Source of the DNA: Dipteris shenzhenensis
Lineage: Eukaryota
DNA: 64,000 bases
Direction: 5' to 3' (one strand)
NCBI GenBank assembly: GCA_047967505.1
Contig: CM106538.1
In this document: positions 12,745-25,499 of the stretch, in pieces
Layout: every line of letters begins with the position of its first letter
How positions within the stretch are numbered: the stretch's first letter is position 1
Position numbers and translations under genes: made by a program
The notes under the pieces: model-generated
What the model was told of the DNA's origin: nothing
Seen by the model: the letters and a program-made list of their open reading frames with translations, nothing else
Databases searched by the model: none

Positions 12745-13600
12745 GGAGAAGGAATCTACCCTCATGACTCTTGTGAACTGAATTGCACTTCAAGAGGGGA
12801 TTCTTGTGTTTTCTTAGATCTTAGAATTTCTCAATCTACCATAGGATTAGAGGTTGATATATACGATAAACATGAACAACCTGAATATAGTGGTTTACAC
12901 ATTATAAAAATGCCTCACATTGACTCAAACATTTCTGATTTGGCAAAATATGGAGTCATTTCTTCCCAATTCCATAGATTTTCCCGCCTTTGTACAACTA
13001 AGGAGTCTTTTATCACTCAATGTAGTAATTTGATCACTTTACTATTACACAAGAGGTATAATCCAAGGAAAATAATGAAAAAAGTACGCACAATCTTAGA
13101 TATGAAGTCTTTTATCTATGGTGTATCGGCCTTAGGTATGTTTAGAATGATTGAACATAAGCTGAAAACAAAAAGCGGGGAGCTGAATAGCCCGTTTTTC
13201 TTTTAGTTTCAAAAGAGAGTTTGTTTGAGTATGCTTGTGCTTTCTAAGTTAGAAATGTATTTTTGACTCTTTGTAGGAAACAATACATAAGTGTAAAGGA
13301 CCATTTAGCTTTTTACGTTTTAAATAAGAGTGAGAGTGAGAGTGAGAGTGAGAGAGAGAGAGAGCGATATTCCAGTTTTTTGGAAGATTTTGTTTTTTGT
13401 TTCTTGACTTGCTTGTTTATTTTTGCTTAGTCACCTGCTTCCTTTCTTCTTTATTTCTTGTTTTCTTTCTCTTTTGTTTATTTGATGTATTTTAGTAAGC
13501 ACTGGGTTTGTCCAAGAGACTCCGCGAGTCTTTAGAAACCCAGTATAGCTGCTTATGCTTGGGCACTGATGACGACATAAGTGTTGCTTTGCTTGCTAAG
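12745..13600 (+). mobile_element. Penelope-like element (Naiad/Chlamys-type) 3' fragment: RT C-terminus/thumb plus structured 3' region
   Basis: ORF 12727-13206 reads GIYP..CELNCT....VFLDLRI...IYDK...IIKMPHIDSNIS..AKYGVISSQFHRFSRLC...F...L..LL..RY, the PLE RT thumb signature. The stop follows directly, with no C-terminal GIY-YIG domain. Confidence 0.75.
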
Positions 13601-13766
13601 TATGTCTTCCTTTTGTTTTTCTTAAAAGTTTTTGTTTATCTCTTTTTTCTTCTCTTTCATATTCTCTTTTATTTTTTGTGTAGATTTTTTATCTTTAGAA
13701 CAACAAAAAATCTAAATTTGTATGATTGGACTTATTCTAGTCTTACAAAGGTATATTTTCTTTTGT

Positions 13767-13806
<40 letters not shown>

Positions 13807-14055
13807 GAAGCCAGAAGCTCCCCCACCTTGCTCCTGGCTGGGGTGCACCTGATTGCCCCTGCTAGGGGGTTAGTGCAGCTGTTGGGGGGAAGCTGAAGTC
13901 CATATCAAGTTCCATTGCTGAAGTTTACTATAGCTCCTGTCTCTATATTAGCAGCAGCCAGCTGTTTGCAGCAACTGTGTACTGTTTTGTGGTTGCTCGG
14001 TTTGCTCGGTTTGCTGCCAGAGTCTGGAATTACAGTGTGCTTGTGCAAGTTGCAT

Positions 14056-16737
14056 AGCTTGACTGATTCGTGTATGCTGCTGTTGTGTTGGCTTGGATAT
14101 AAGGAGCTGAGTGGCACCCATGTGTTGAGTACTGAATAGTGCCGTGGGCAACCAACCTAGAGCAGAAGTGCTGTATCGATTTCAGTCTTTGTCAACATGT
14201 GTCATCATTTGAGGCTTTGGAGACTTTACTTCAATATGCTAGTTTCAGCCCATGTAATGTGTGACATTATTCCTGGGGGGGGTGTCTTACGTTAGGAAAC
14301 TAGGCGTTAAAGACATTGGATTTATAGTGGGTTTGAGTAGAGCCTAGAGGTTGGTTAGTGCCTAGCTAGGACTGCTAGTACAATTAGAACTACTCCTAAG
14401 TCCTTGTGTGCTAAGTATCCTTAGTGGACCAGTGTAGTAATAGAAAGTACCCACCACTGGGCTTGGGGGGATGCTTTGGGTGCATCTGGTGGGTTCCAGA
14501 GTTGGGAGATCATTAGATGACATCGTCGAGGCACGGTGGCAACTCCTACACTTTCCATCATAGTCGTCTGGTAGTGGGGCTAGTAGAGTTCTAACATTAC
14601 TATTTAAACTTTTCTCTGCAGATGACAAGATTTCCATAGGTTGAAATCTATGCTCTGACTGTGGCAAGTTTCTCTCTTTTTTTTCCCCCCCCCAAGAAAG
14701 GAACCTTCTATTAATGCTTGAAAGATTTCATACAAGACAGCCCCGAAGACGCTGAGTATGGAAAAGGATGAAAGAAAAACCGGCTTGTTCATGAGAAACC
14801 CAGCTCACTCCAGCTCACTGCGTAGGGGATCTCTGGTACTAGGGCTAATAGCCAAGTGGGGGGACTATACAACCAGCGAATCCCTCACAGGGTGAAGATG
14901 TAGAAAACTCCTGTAGGCCAAGCCTCGCAGAAACGAGCATGCCTCTCGATAGTCGCCCTGGAGCCTGGAGTCCCACGCTCCCAGGTGGATCGTAGTGTGT
15001 ATATGATGTCCTTCCAGATGGCGACTAGGGTAGCCGAAGGTGGAACGGGATACTCACCCCCATCACAAGACTGCAACGAGCTACCCAAATGTTCCACGCT
15101 GTGATGCTGGCTACCACCTCCCAAACGTTGTCCTCCCTAGGAAAAGGAGGAGCTAGGCTGTCAGGAGGGAGTGCCTCATGGAGTGCTATCCTCTGGATGC
15201 TCTGACCCTGTATCGGGTAGGCTGGGGAGATCTCATCAATCTGAAACGCGTGTCCTCCCTTTGTCAACTAGGCCACCATCCCCTAGGTGGAGTCTCTCTG
15301 AAGATTCTGCATACGTGTCATGATCCTGACGGCTCCCATCCAAATCCTCACTGCACTACGACAGGTCCACAGGCAGTGCGGGTTAGTCTCCAGGAGCTTG
15401 ACTAATTCGTGTATGCTGCCGTTGTGTTGGCTTGGATATAAGGAGCTGAGTGGCACCCATGTGTTGAGTACTGAATAGTGCCGTGGGCAACCAACCTAGA
15501 GCAGAAGTGCTGTATCGATTTCAGTCTTTGTCAACATGTGTTTTCGTTTGAGGCTTTGGAGACTTTACTTCAATATGCTAATTTCAGCCCATGTAATGTG
15601 TGACATTATTCCTGGAGGGGGTGTCTTACGTTAGGAAACTAGGCGTTAAAGACATTGGATTTATAGTGGGTTTGAGTAGAGCCTAGAGGTTGGTTAGTGC
15701 CTAGCTAGGACTGCTAGTACAATTAGAACGACTCCTAAGTCCTTGTGTGCTAAGTATCCTTAGTGGACTAGTGTAGTAATAGAAAGTATCCACCACTGGG
15801 CTTGGGGGGACGCTTTGGGTGCATGTGGTGGGTTCCAGAGTTGGGAGATCATTAGATGACATCGTTGAGGCACGGTGGCAACTCCTACACTTTCCATCAT
15901 AGTCGTATGGTAGTGGGGCTAGCAGAGTTCTAACATTACTAAATAAACTTTTCTCTGCAAATTTCAATAGGTTGAAATCTATGCTCTGACTGTGGCAAGT
16001 TTGTCTCTTTTTTTCCCCCCCCCAAGAAAGAAACCTTCTATTAATGCTTGAAAGATTTCATACATGACAACCGCGAAGATGCTGAGTATGGAAAAAAACC
16101 GGAAAAGGATGAAAGAAAAACCGGCCTGTTCCAGAGAAACCCAGCTCACTCGAGCTCACTGCCTAGGGTATCTCTGGTACTGGGGCTAACAGCCAAGTGG
16201 GGGGCCTATACAACCAGTGAATCCCTCACAGGGTGAAGATGTAGAAAACTCCTGCAGGCCAAGCCTTGCAGAAACGAGCATGCCTCTCGATAGTCGCCCT
16301 GGAGCCTGGAGTCCCACACTCGCAAGTGGATCGTAGTGTGTATATGATGTTCTGCCAAATGGCGACTAGGGTAGCCGAAGGTGGAACCGGGTACTCACCC
16401 CCATCACAAGACTGCAACGAGCTACCCAAATGTTCCACGCTGTGATGCTAGCTACCACCTCCCAAACGTTGTCCTCCCTAGGAAAAGGAGGAGCTAGGCC
16501 GTCAGGAGGGAGTGCCTCATGGAGTGCTATCCTCTGGATGCTCTAACCCTGTATCTGGTAGGCTGGGGAGATCTCATCAATCTGAAACGCGTGTCCTCCC
16601 TCTGTCAACCAGGCCATCATCCTCCAGGTGTAGTCTCTCTGAAGACTCTGCATACGTGTCATGATCCTGAGGGCTCCCATCCAAATCCTCGCTGCACTAC
16701 GACAGCTCCACAAGCAATGCGGGATAGTCTCTAGGAG
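14056..16737. repeat. Tandem segmental duplication, ~1339-bp unit x2
   Basis: AGCTTGACT...TCGTGTATGCTGC starts at both 14056 and 15395. The copies are collinear with scattered substitutions and small indels. Confidence 0.95.
14275..14596 (+). mobile_element. PPT plus LTR remnant (second copy 15614-15935)
   Basis: G-rich tract, then TGTCTT (14283) ... CTAACA (14596); duplicated with the tandem unit. Confidence 0.55.
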
Positions 16738-18401
16738 ACCATCGGGGCAACAATGGCACTGCCCCTCCACTCACATTTGCTCCAACCAGCGTCTAATGGG
16801 CAAGCCTCCATGGGCGGCCAGCAAGAAGAAGTAGGATATCTTCCTCGGCCACAAACTGGACCATAACTGCATCCAAAACTTGGAATGAACATCCCGGGGC
16901 ACTCTCTGGGTCACCCAATGTCTCTTCCTCAAGGGGGTCCACCTCGATGTGTCCATCTGAAGCCTCTTGCCAATCCATGTGGTGTAGGAAACGAAGGGCA
17001 CCTCATCCACCTGCTCGGCTATGCCGCCCCTGGAAGGCCAAAACCACTCTCTCGGATCCCACTAGACCTCCCTCAAGGGTCTACCCTCCCACAGCCAAAG
17101 GCGCCATCTAGGGGCATCCTGCTTTGAGATAGTGGGAGGGTCAATGTGCCACTCCTTCCCCAAACGTCCCACCACTCTGATCATCTCCCAGTGAATCCCA
17201 TCAAGACTCCCATCCATCTCATGGTCTCTCTCAGTGAGTGGCTGAAGTAGGCCTCCAGGTCCTATATGGAAGAAGCCAGGGTGCGTGCTGCCTCGCTGCA
17301 TCAACATCCTCAAGGGGACACCAGTACGAGAAAACTGCCCCAACCATTTGCTGTCTCTCCATACACGAAGTCCCTCCCACCAGGACTCAGGAATGGCTAA
17401 GTCAATCTTGCTCATCCGCTACCCTGAGCCTCGTAGATGCGCTAGGGCATCAAGCCTTGCCTCTCCCTTGATGGGTAATTTGCTCCAACGGCCAAAGGAC
17501 CCGGCCGGGCCACTGTCCCACTGTGCCCAACCCAATGTGAGTTCGCTGTCCGAGCATACGCCCCTCCTAATCTCTGATCTCTGGGTGCCACATAAGGGGT
17601 TGACGCTCAAACTCCTCTCTGCATCTAGGTGGAGCACGAATGAGACCCCCTGCCAGACCCTGTGGAGGCTCCTCATCAAGGGGGAGCCCTTCCCTGTAAG
17701 GGGGGTCTTTCAGAAGATCCATCTGTGTGAAGGTTGCCACTGTCCCCCGGTGCATGGAGTGTTCCTTAGAAGCCCTCGCTGTAAGATGAGCTTCCAAGGC
17801 TCTGCACCCAGGGTGAGGCCGTGAACAACCAACTTGCCCAGGAGGGCTTTGTTCTGCATCTTCGGATCAATGATACCCAAGCCTCCCAATGCCTGCGGCA
17901 TGATCACCGTCTGCCAAGCTTCCCGGGCCCTAGTGTTCCTTGTGTTTTGTCCAAACCTGCCCAAAGCAAGTTCCGAACCAACCGTTGGAGCTGCCCAACG
18001 CATCCTCTGTGAAGGCACCAACAGGAGGCGATATGCCAAGCCATGGCAAGAAGGACCTGGTTTGCCACTAAGGCGCGACCTGCTAGAGAGAGTTTGGCCG
18101 AGCTCCACTAGAGAAGCTTGTGCCGAACACTCTCAAGGACCGGGGCGATCTGCTGCTCTACTGTAATGTCAATACCAACTTGGCACCCGAGGTATCTCGT
18201 TGTATGGCCCCGCGGTATCCATCTGAAGCCAAAGTCACTCCCCCACTCACGGATCTCTTGTGTCTCCTCAAAGCCTGTGAAGAAACCTATGGATTTTGTC
18301 CAGTTGATCCTTGCACCCGAGGCCTCACAGTAGATAGCCAGGGCACCCCTGACTCTCTCGAGACTCACTGTGGTGATGGCAAGTTTGTCTGTAGCTAGCA
18401 A
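16007..18401 (-). mobile_element. L1-type LINE, 5'-truncated ORF2 3' half (3' end duplicated at 14677-15396)
   Basis: IYCEASGARINWTKS, TRYLGCQVG, ALGGLGIIDP, zf-RVT (WPRKISYFFLLAAHGGLP...CHCCPDGLLETIPHCLWSC); A-rich tail at ~16007. Confidence 0.9.
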
Positions 18402-20849
18402 AGCTTACAATTGGTGGATGAGCGTGCATGATAGCAAGCTAATATCCAGTTGGAGTTTGAGCAAATTTCTATCAAGGAATTCCCTATAGAGAATAGACGA
18501 GAAAATTCATGGGAGGCATAAGATTCTTTATGTATGGTGAAGTTTCCATGAATCATTATTTTGCTAGGTATTTTGAGAAGACCTCATTGAGTTTTATAGG
18601 ATCAGGGGTTTTATATGTGGTCCTAAAGATAGTTGACTACAAGGTAGAATCTATGTCCAAAGCTCATAAGATGATGCTATTAGATTTGCTAAGATCTATG
18701 ATTGATGGAAACGTGGACGGAGAACAGAGAGTGGAGTGAGCAAAACACAAAGAGAGTCCAAGAACTGTTATTGCTAGCATGAAAGAGCACAACAAAAATT
18801 AGGGTTATGTACCCTCAATCCAAAATGAAAGCCCTTAGGAAAAAAAGCCTCTAACTAGGGATAAAAATGGCCCTAGGGTAAGGTTTTGACACTAACCCAC
18901 TACTACATCTTAAATGATGATTAACTGTAGTTGAAAGTCATGTCTTCAACCTGGTCAAGCTAGTAAACCTCTTCTCAAACAAGCAAAATTTAAGGCTTCG
19001 GGTCGTCAAAAAGTATAAAAAGAATTAGGGTAGGAGGTTTATGTTATCTCTTGACAAGTATAGAAAGACATGAACTATTGACTATGTTTAAGTGTTCTAA
19101 TAATGCCCGTGTGGTAAGGTGTCCCACTACTAACATCTTACGAATTTCTTTGTGGTGATAGTGTGAACACGTACAAGGTGACAGATAAGTCACTGAATGG
19201 AAATAGGCCCAAAACTTTACGGAAAGCTTCAAACTTTTCTCGGAGTAATGCCTCAGTTAGCAGATCTGGAACATTCCGATGTATAGGGCAGTGGGTCAAA
19301 CTGATCGCTTCTACATGAAACACAGGATTCAATGCCATTGAAGTAGCACTCTGACTGTTAGTGAGAATGTGAGTAGATGGATGCAAACCGCCACAAAGAT
19401 TTGCTATCAATCTTCTGAGTCATACACATTGTGGTATAGAACAAACCAAGAGACTTAGTACCCTGTAAATATTTGAAAAAAACGCTTTACAGTACTCCAA
19501 TGCTGTGTCTTTTGGTTGTGCATATACTTGCTCAACTGCAATACACTGAACTGAATATCGGGAGGGGTATTTCAGAGCCCTAACGATAGCAAATTGTTCA
19601 TGTGTATTATGCATGGACAGCCTCAGCCCGGGCTCCATTGGAGTAGAAATGGGCTCCCAGTCCTGAAAATTGAACTTTGTAATAGTCCCAATATGTATTT
19701 GGATTCTTTAAGAGCAATGCCCTCATTGGACCATATTAGACATCTCAAATGAAGCTTCAAGATTATTCTTGAAATCGACAATTTTCTCTTCTCTTGTGCC
19801 TGTAAACAGGATATCAGCTACATAAAGGATGACAATAAGCAAATCCCTTTTGTCCTTCTTGACCTCTAGGGTACTTTCAGTTGGATGAATTTGTAGACCC
19901 TGACTGGTCACATCTATATGAATTTCTCATACCAGGCTCATGCAGCTTGTTTGAGCCCATAACGTGCCTTACATGGCTTGCTTACCTTATCTTCTTGACC
20001 AAGTACTTGAAAGCCATGTACTTTCCTCCCAAAATCAGCAGCCAATGAAACAACACATCTGATGGTGGTCATGCTGGAAGGGGGTGCAAAGGTTTCGTGA
20101 TATTCGCTCTCTTTTTTGTGAGAATGCCCTTTGGCAACTAACCTTGCCTTGTGCGCCTTGTGCTTGTCAATGGTACCATTGGATTTTCTTTTTGTCTTGT
20201 ACACGCACTTTGCCCTAATAGCTTTCTTTCCAATGGGCACATCCACGAAATCCCATGTGTTGTCTTTTTGGGTAGAATCCTACTCTGGCTTCATCTCTCA
20301 TCCAATGCTCATCGTCTTGAGCATCCTCAAAGTTGTTAGGTTCTTTTGTATCACACAATGAACGCATACAAGCTGTATCAGCATAGTTTCTGTCCCTCTT
20401 GAACCAGCCCTTGTCCTACTGGAGACGGGGCTGAAAGTCTGCTTCTTGCAGAGTTCAAATCAACCGCAGGGGGGCTTTTCTAGCTTCCTGTGAGCAGCTC
20501 TCTCCTCTCTGACAATTTCTTCAACATCAGCAAGTGTGATAGGCTGATCCAGGACCTGATTGGGAGCATCCAAAGGCTGCTGTGCATCAGCATGTGCAGG
20601 CTGTAATTGCTGATCTTCTACTGGCTGTTCAGAAGTCCCCTCAATAGCAAGTGGAAGCAACCATTAAAGCACATTGTGCGAACCTGTGCAGCTGTCTATC
20701 AAACTCAATCATGGACTGATCTGAGTTTTCTGCAAAAACCACATCTCTATTAAAAAGAAACTTCTTAGTCTGGGGATTTTAGAGACGGTAAGCTTTACTC
20801 TCACTGTTTAGTCAACAAAGTGCACTTTGCACTTCTCAACCAGAAGCAT

Positions 20850-22206
20850 TGTAACCGGCCTTCGGAACCCCAAAGGGTGGTAAACCACAACTATCTCTGA
20901 ACACACCGTCAATTACAGCCACTTAGCTCCCAATTAATCACACCACATCAAATAGCATAAAAGAAAGTACAGGTGAGGCTAGAATGCCCCTGCTCAATGA
21001 TCACACAACGACACCGATTGGTCCCAAATACTTGGTGCCCCTTGCGGTATTTCTTTATTCTTCTTTAGTGAAAAATAATAGCAATCTTACAACCAGGGCG
21101 CACCCTGAACCGTTCCCACTGGCTACCACTGTTCACCAACCCACTCTAGGCACACACTGCATCAAACTGGCAAACTGTGCATCCCAACTGCTAGAGCAAG
21201 GCATAGGCATCCTCTAACCTCAACAACTTGGTCTCAACCTGGGTTCACCCTCTGTCACTAGGTGATTGCAACAGATCCAGGGAATCCCGTAGAGAATCTT
21301 AAAACAGAGAACTAGAAACCAATCCCACAGTGAAAACAAAGAGAAACTGGGATTGCACGCCCACAGCACGGGCTGCAACCAAAAACACCTGCTCCTCGCA
21401 AGAGCATGTCCCCGAGGTATCCAGATTCCTGCCAAAGACCTCCAAGCAGAGTTTCACAGCCAGAAACCCTAATTCGCAGCAAGAGAAACCAGCCTCAGGC
21501 TGCGTGCAAGCACCGGACGCCTGAAACAGGGTCCGTACAGTCTGTATGGACTGTTTGTCAGTTGCAGAAGGTGCTCCTTGACTCGGGCTGCATGCAACAA
21601 GGCTGGATGCAAGGAAACAGAGAAAAACAGCAGCAAAACAGCGACCAGCAACCTCTGGAAGGTCTGGCGCAGCAAGGAGGAGCAGGAGAAGATGTAGAAG
21701 TGGGCGAATTCTAGAGCAGGCCCTTGATTTGGACGTCATCTGCCCTAAAGGAGGGGAAAAGATGCTAAAAGTGGAGCTGGTAGGTTGCATGCCTGACACG
21801 TGGCATATTAATGCCCCTAACCCCCTGTATCAAGGAAACGTTGGTTTCCTAGGGGCAACTTTTGACACGCGGCACATTAATGCCCCTAACCCCCTGTACC
21901 AAGGAAACGTTGGTTTCCTAGGAGCAACTTTTAAAGGCTCTAACCCCACCAACCAACGACAAACATTGGTACTGTCTAGGGGCAACCTTTTAATCCTTTT
22001 TAACCCCTCTTCCCACGTGAAACTTGGGAATCTATCTGGGGGCAAACTTCCTAGCTCCGTCACACCCCTCCGCGAGGTCAAAGTGATGCCATTCCTTGAT
22101 TCTAACAGTTAGGTCTAGCCAGTGTGTCCAATTAGATGCTAACACTAGGGGCTTTCAGGAACTCACTGCTCCTCTAGGCCAGTCCCCCATGGCCAAACTG
22201 GTTACA
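20850..22206. mobile_element. Solo LTR (~1.36 kb) inserted in the Copia remnant
   Basis: Termini TGTAACC(G)G ... C(T)GGTTACA; non-coding; Copia sequence on both sides; TSD degenerate (AGCAT/AACTT). Confidence 0.65.
21794..21932. repeat. 69-bp tandem duplication inside the solo LTR
   Basis: TGACACG...GCAACTTT starts at 21794 and 21863; each unit holds the hairpin AGGAAAC-GTTG-GTTTCCT. Confidence 0.9.
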
Positions 22207-23006
22207 AACTTAGTCATAGCTTATTTGCTTACAAAATTCATGTCCCTGTGACAAGCACAAATTGCTTGAAACATTGGAATACATCTGATTTTTTTAATAA
22301 AGGGATCAATCCATGAGATGGTGTCCTTAGAGGACCACACACATCACTGTATGAGCTGGAATTTTCTTCAGCTGTAATTTATCCATCTCTCGGAAAGGCA
22401 TTCTGCGCGTCTTTCCAAAATGCACTTTCACAGACATGTCTTGGAGGAGTCTCCAAAGAAGTCATATTCTATACCATCCTATGTCTTTGCAATTACAATA
22501 ACTTGCATAGTTCACATGGCCAAATCTTTCATTTCCATAATCCTTTATTTTTTCATTGCAGGAGTGATTGTTGCCAAGGACAAACCCTGCTTTGACTATC
22601 TGATAGTCCTTTTCTCTATCCCTAACAATGCACTTATTATCTTTAAAAATGACAGCAAAACCTCTTCTCCCAAAAAGTGATAGTAAACTCCTCTTTATCC
22701 CTAGCACATGAATGGCATTTGGAAGGCACAAATCAGTTCGTTCAATCAATGACAGCAAAATCTTCTCAATTCCCTTCACAGGGCATGGAGAACTGTTGGC
22801 ACAAGGCACTCTCTTTCCAATAGGATCAGGCTATAAACAAATAGTCAAAATTCTAAATACAATCTGCCTCTTAGCATTGGATCAACAGTACTCGAGTGTG
22901 AACATTGAGGAGGAGGGACAGAGATCAATGCTCTAACCTTTGTTATCCTTCACCATAGCTTAGCTCCTCACTTGCAAGGTCCCCAAATGAGGAGCAGCCA
23001 TGGGCA

Positions 23007-23647
23007 TGATGAAGATGAGATGCATGTGGCTTTCCAAATCATCTTCTTGCATTCAAAAGGATGCAGAATGTGGATGATGATGTGGGCATTTTGGTGATGT
23101 GGAGACCACCCCTAGGTAATGGCGTAGCCATCGGGACATGTGGCACTGTACAGATCAGTACAGTGCTGATGTGATAGCCTCCATAACCATCCTGGCCCAA
23201 CTGTTATGTCAGCATCTACATAAAATACCATATCATCATCCGTATTTCCATGTAGCTATATGCCACATCAGCACCCCAGTTTCAGCCTGATTGGGCTGTG
23301 TTTATACATCTCTCTCATGTGTGAACTTTCTTGGTTAGATACTGCTTCTGATGTTGTGCATTATATGCATGGTGACTTCTCTCACAGAGAATGCCTCAAG
23401 AAAGCTTGAAGGCAGTAGAGACAGCAGGGATGGCGAAGGAGAATGATGCAACTGAGGAGGTGGCAGCATGTGTTGTATAATGCTGATGATCGTGATTATC
23501 TGCTCTAAGATTTGCATCTGTATGATTTTGTAGTAAGGGCAGTGTGCTGTAGTTTTGTATCGTTTCCTGTGATTATTGTTGATGTTAGTCATTGAGGTTG
23601 TGAGTTGTGATCAGTTGTTGAATTTGCTGTAGAAGCAAGCTCCAACA
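23007..23647. mobile_element. Possible solo LTR
   Basis: TGATG...CCAACA termini and LTR-like composition; no clean TSD. Confidence 0.35.
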
Positions 23648-24322
23648 AGGCCCATAGGTCTGAGGAGACTATGGAGCTTCATCCATCTTGCAGTGTATCC
23701 TTCTCCTGATGAAACCACCGACTCACGCTTATTCTAGCTAGGTAAACTTTTGCATGTCGTGGTTTCAATATTGCAATAGTTATTCAATTGATATCTTTCT
23801 CCATGGTGAGTTTCAAAGATATTGTCAATCTCCAATAAGTAACACAAAAGAGAATACTGTCAACACATAGAAGTTGCCCATTGCACAAAAGTTGCAGCCT
23901 TGTCCCTCGTATTCAAACCCCTTCCATTGCTCCATCCTCACTACTCTTAAGTATGATGGAAGAGGACAATCCATTTTTCAGGATTGTGCATTTGTGCCTT
24001 GGCCTGTTCTTTGCGGTAGAGTTAATAAATGGGTGTGATGGCAAGACACAGGTCAATTACATGCCAACTATCTGATCCTAATGCAAAAAATGCTGTTTGT
24101 TGTCTCTTTGTTTGTTTGTTTGTTGGTTTTTTGGGTGGGAAAAATATAAATGGTTTGGTTCTTTTTACTTTATTCAATCAACACTTGCCTTGGTTGCACA
24201 AAAACCCAATGATGTAATGTTGCATGGTCTTTTTTGGTCAATGCACCCACATTTATAGACTTTATCTTTAGAAACATTTAGCAGGGGTAGTTGTGTAACC
24301 AAGTTTGAATTTTGACATGCAG

Positions 24323-24682
24323 GTTCCAAAGCCTCTTGGATTTTTCGAGAGCGCGAAGAATGATGAAAAAAGTGTTAAGCAACTTATTCATTTGCTACTC
24401 AGCAAATTTGGTCGACGACAGCCAGCAAGGTCAGATTCTGATTGGACTATGATGTGGGAGGACCTACAGAAACTTCAGGCTAGAGCATTTCCTTTTTTAA
24501 ACAAACAAATTCTGTTCTTAGAGTATTATCGTGGCCTTCTAAAGGCTGGAAAGTTCTCGTCAGCAAAATCTCAATTGAAAATTTTTGGAACTGGCCCATT
24601 GATAGTGGAAAGAGCAGAAACAGTGATCATCCAAGCTGCACGGGAATACTTTTATTCTGCTTCAAGCTTGGACTCCCCAGAG
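24323..24682 (+). CDS. MIP2: MIP2 exon C
   Basis: ATGCAG|GTT acceptor; VPKP...LSKFGRRQPARSDSDW...RGLLKAGKFS...AAREYFYSASSLDSPE; donor GAG|GTATAA; 360 bp, phase 0/0. Confidence 0.95.
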
Positions 24683-25499
24683 GTATAAGTATACCTTTTC
24701 CAAACTAATTAATGATCTAGGTCTAAGGAATTCTTGCCAAGGATACTATAAACTGAGGGATAATTAATGGGTTAGTGGGCTTTTTATGCTTTTATTTGTG
24801 TGCACAAAGATGTGGTGGTGTGGCAGGTAGTGCTGATGCTGTGTAAAATTTCTATGCATGCTGTACTTGAGTACTCTGAAGCCATGAGCGACTTTGGAAT
24901 ACTGCTCATCTCAAGATAATACTTGGTTTGATACTAGAGTGCTGCAATCATCTTCACACATACTTTCCATGAAGGCAGAATCTAGTTGTCACGCTATCAA
25001 TGTTTTTATTTTGGGGTCGGGTTCTTCCCAATTTTGAAACCGTATTTTATGGAATCACAAGTTTCATGCTGAATTATCTGACTAGGTCAGACTTGGAATA
25101 AGTTGTAGTGGAGGCAGGTGGAGTGTGATGTTGAAGTGTATGCTGTGACGTGCAATTACATGCTATTTTGGGAAAGCATTGTGTAAAAGTTGGTATTTTG
25201 CTGGTGGCCAAGTCAAGAGACGCTTACTCATTATTACTTGGATCTACATGCTCTCAAGGAAATTTGTTGGGAATTTCCTGAAAGCCATTAAAGGCATGGG
25301 CCTTCAAATGGGCATCTACAAAAAGTCAAAGTAGGCACTGTAGATATCCTTCTACAAGCTTTCAGTAACATGTTTTCAGCTGCAAGAAAGAGTTGTTTAG
25401 GTAGCGCAGTTAATTTGCCTTGGAAATTTGAATTGATGATTATACTTAGCAAATTTGTTGTACGATGTGCTGCCAATCCTTTCTGGAATCTGTAGTTGT

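Larger units (their letters stand above)
19140..22900 (-). mobile_element. Highly degraded Copia internal region (protease/pre-integrase, RT, RNase H), interrupted by a solo LTR
   Basis: KARLVAKG, ETFAP, RYGLKQA, ILYVADILFTG, ALNPVFH, DLLTEAL motifs; NAIHVLGIKRSLLS at ~22700. Confidence 0.85.

Noticed and set aside
14283-15935. Two LTR-like copies 1339 bp apart that mimic a TRIM
   Set aside because: The duplication extends beyond both copies, both are preceded by a PPT, and there is no PBS or TSD. It is a tandem duplication.
18766-19134. TGTTA...TAACA segment as the 3' LTR of the minus-strand Copia
   Set aside because: No clear PPT, TSD or partner LTR; left unannotated.
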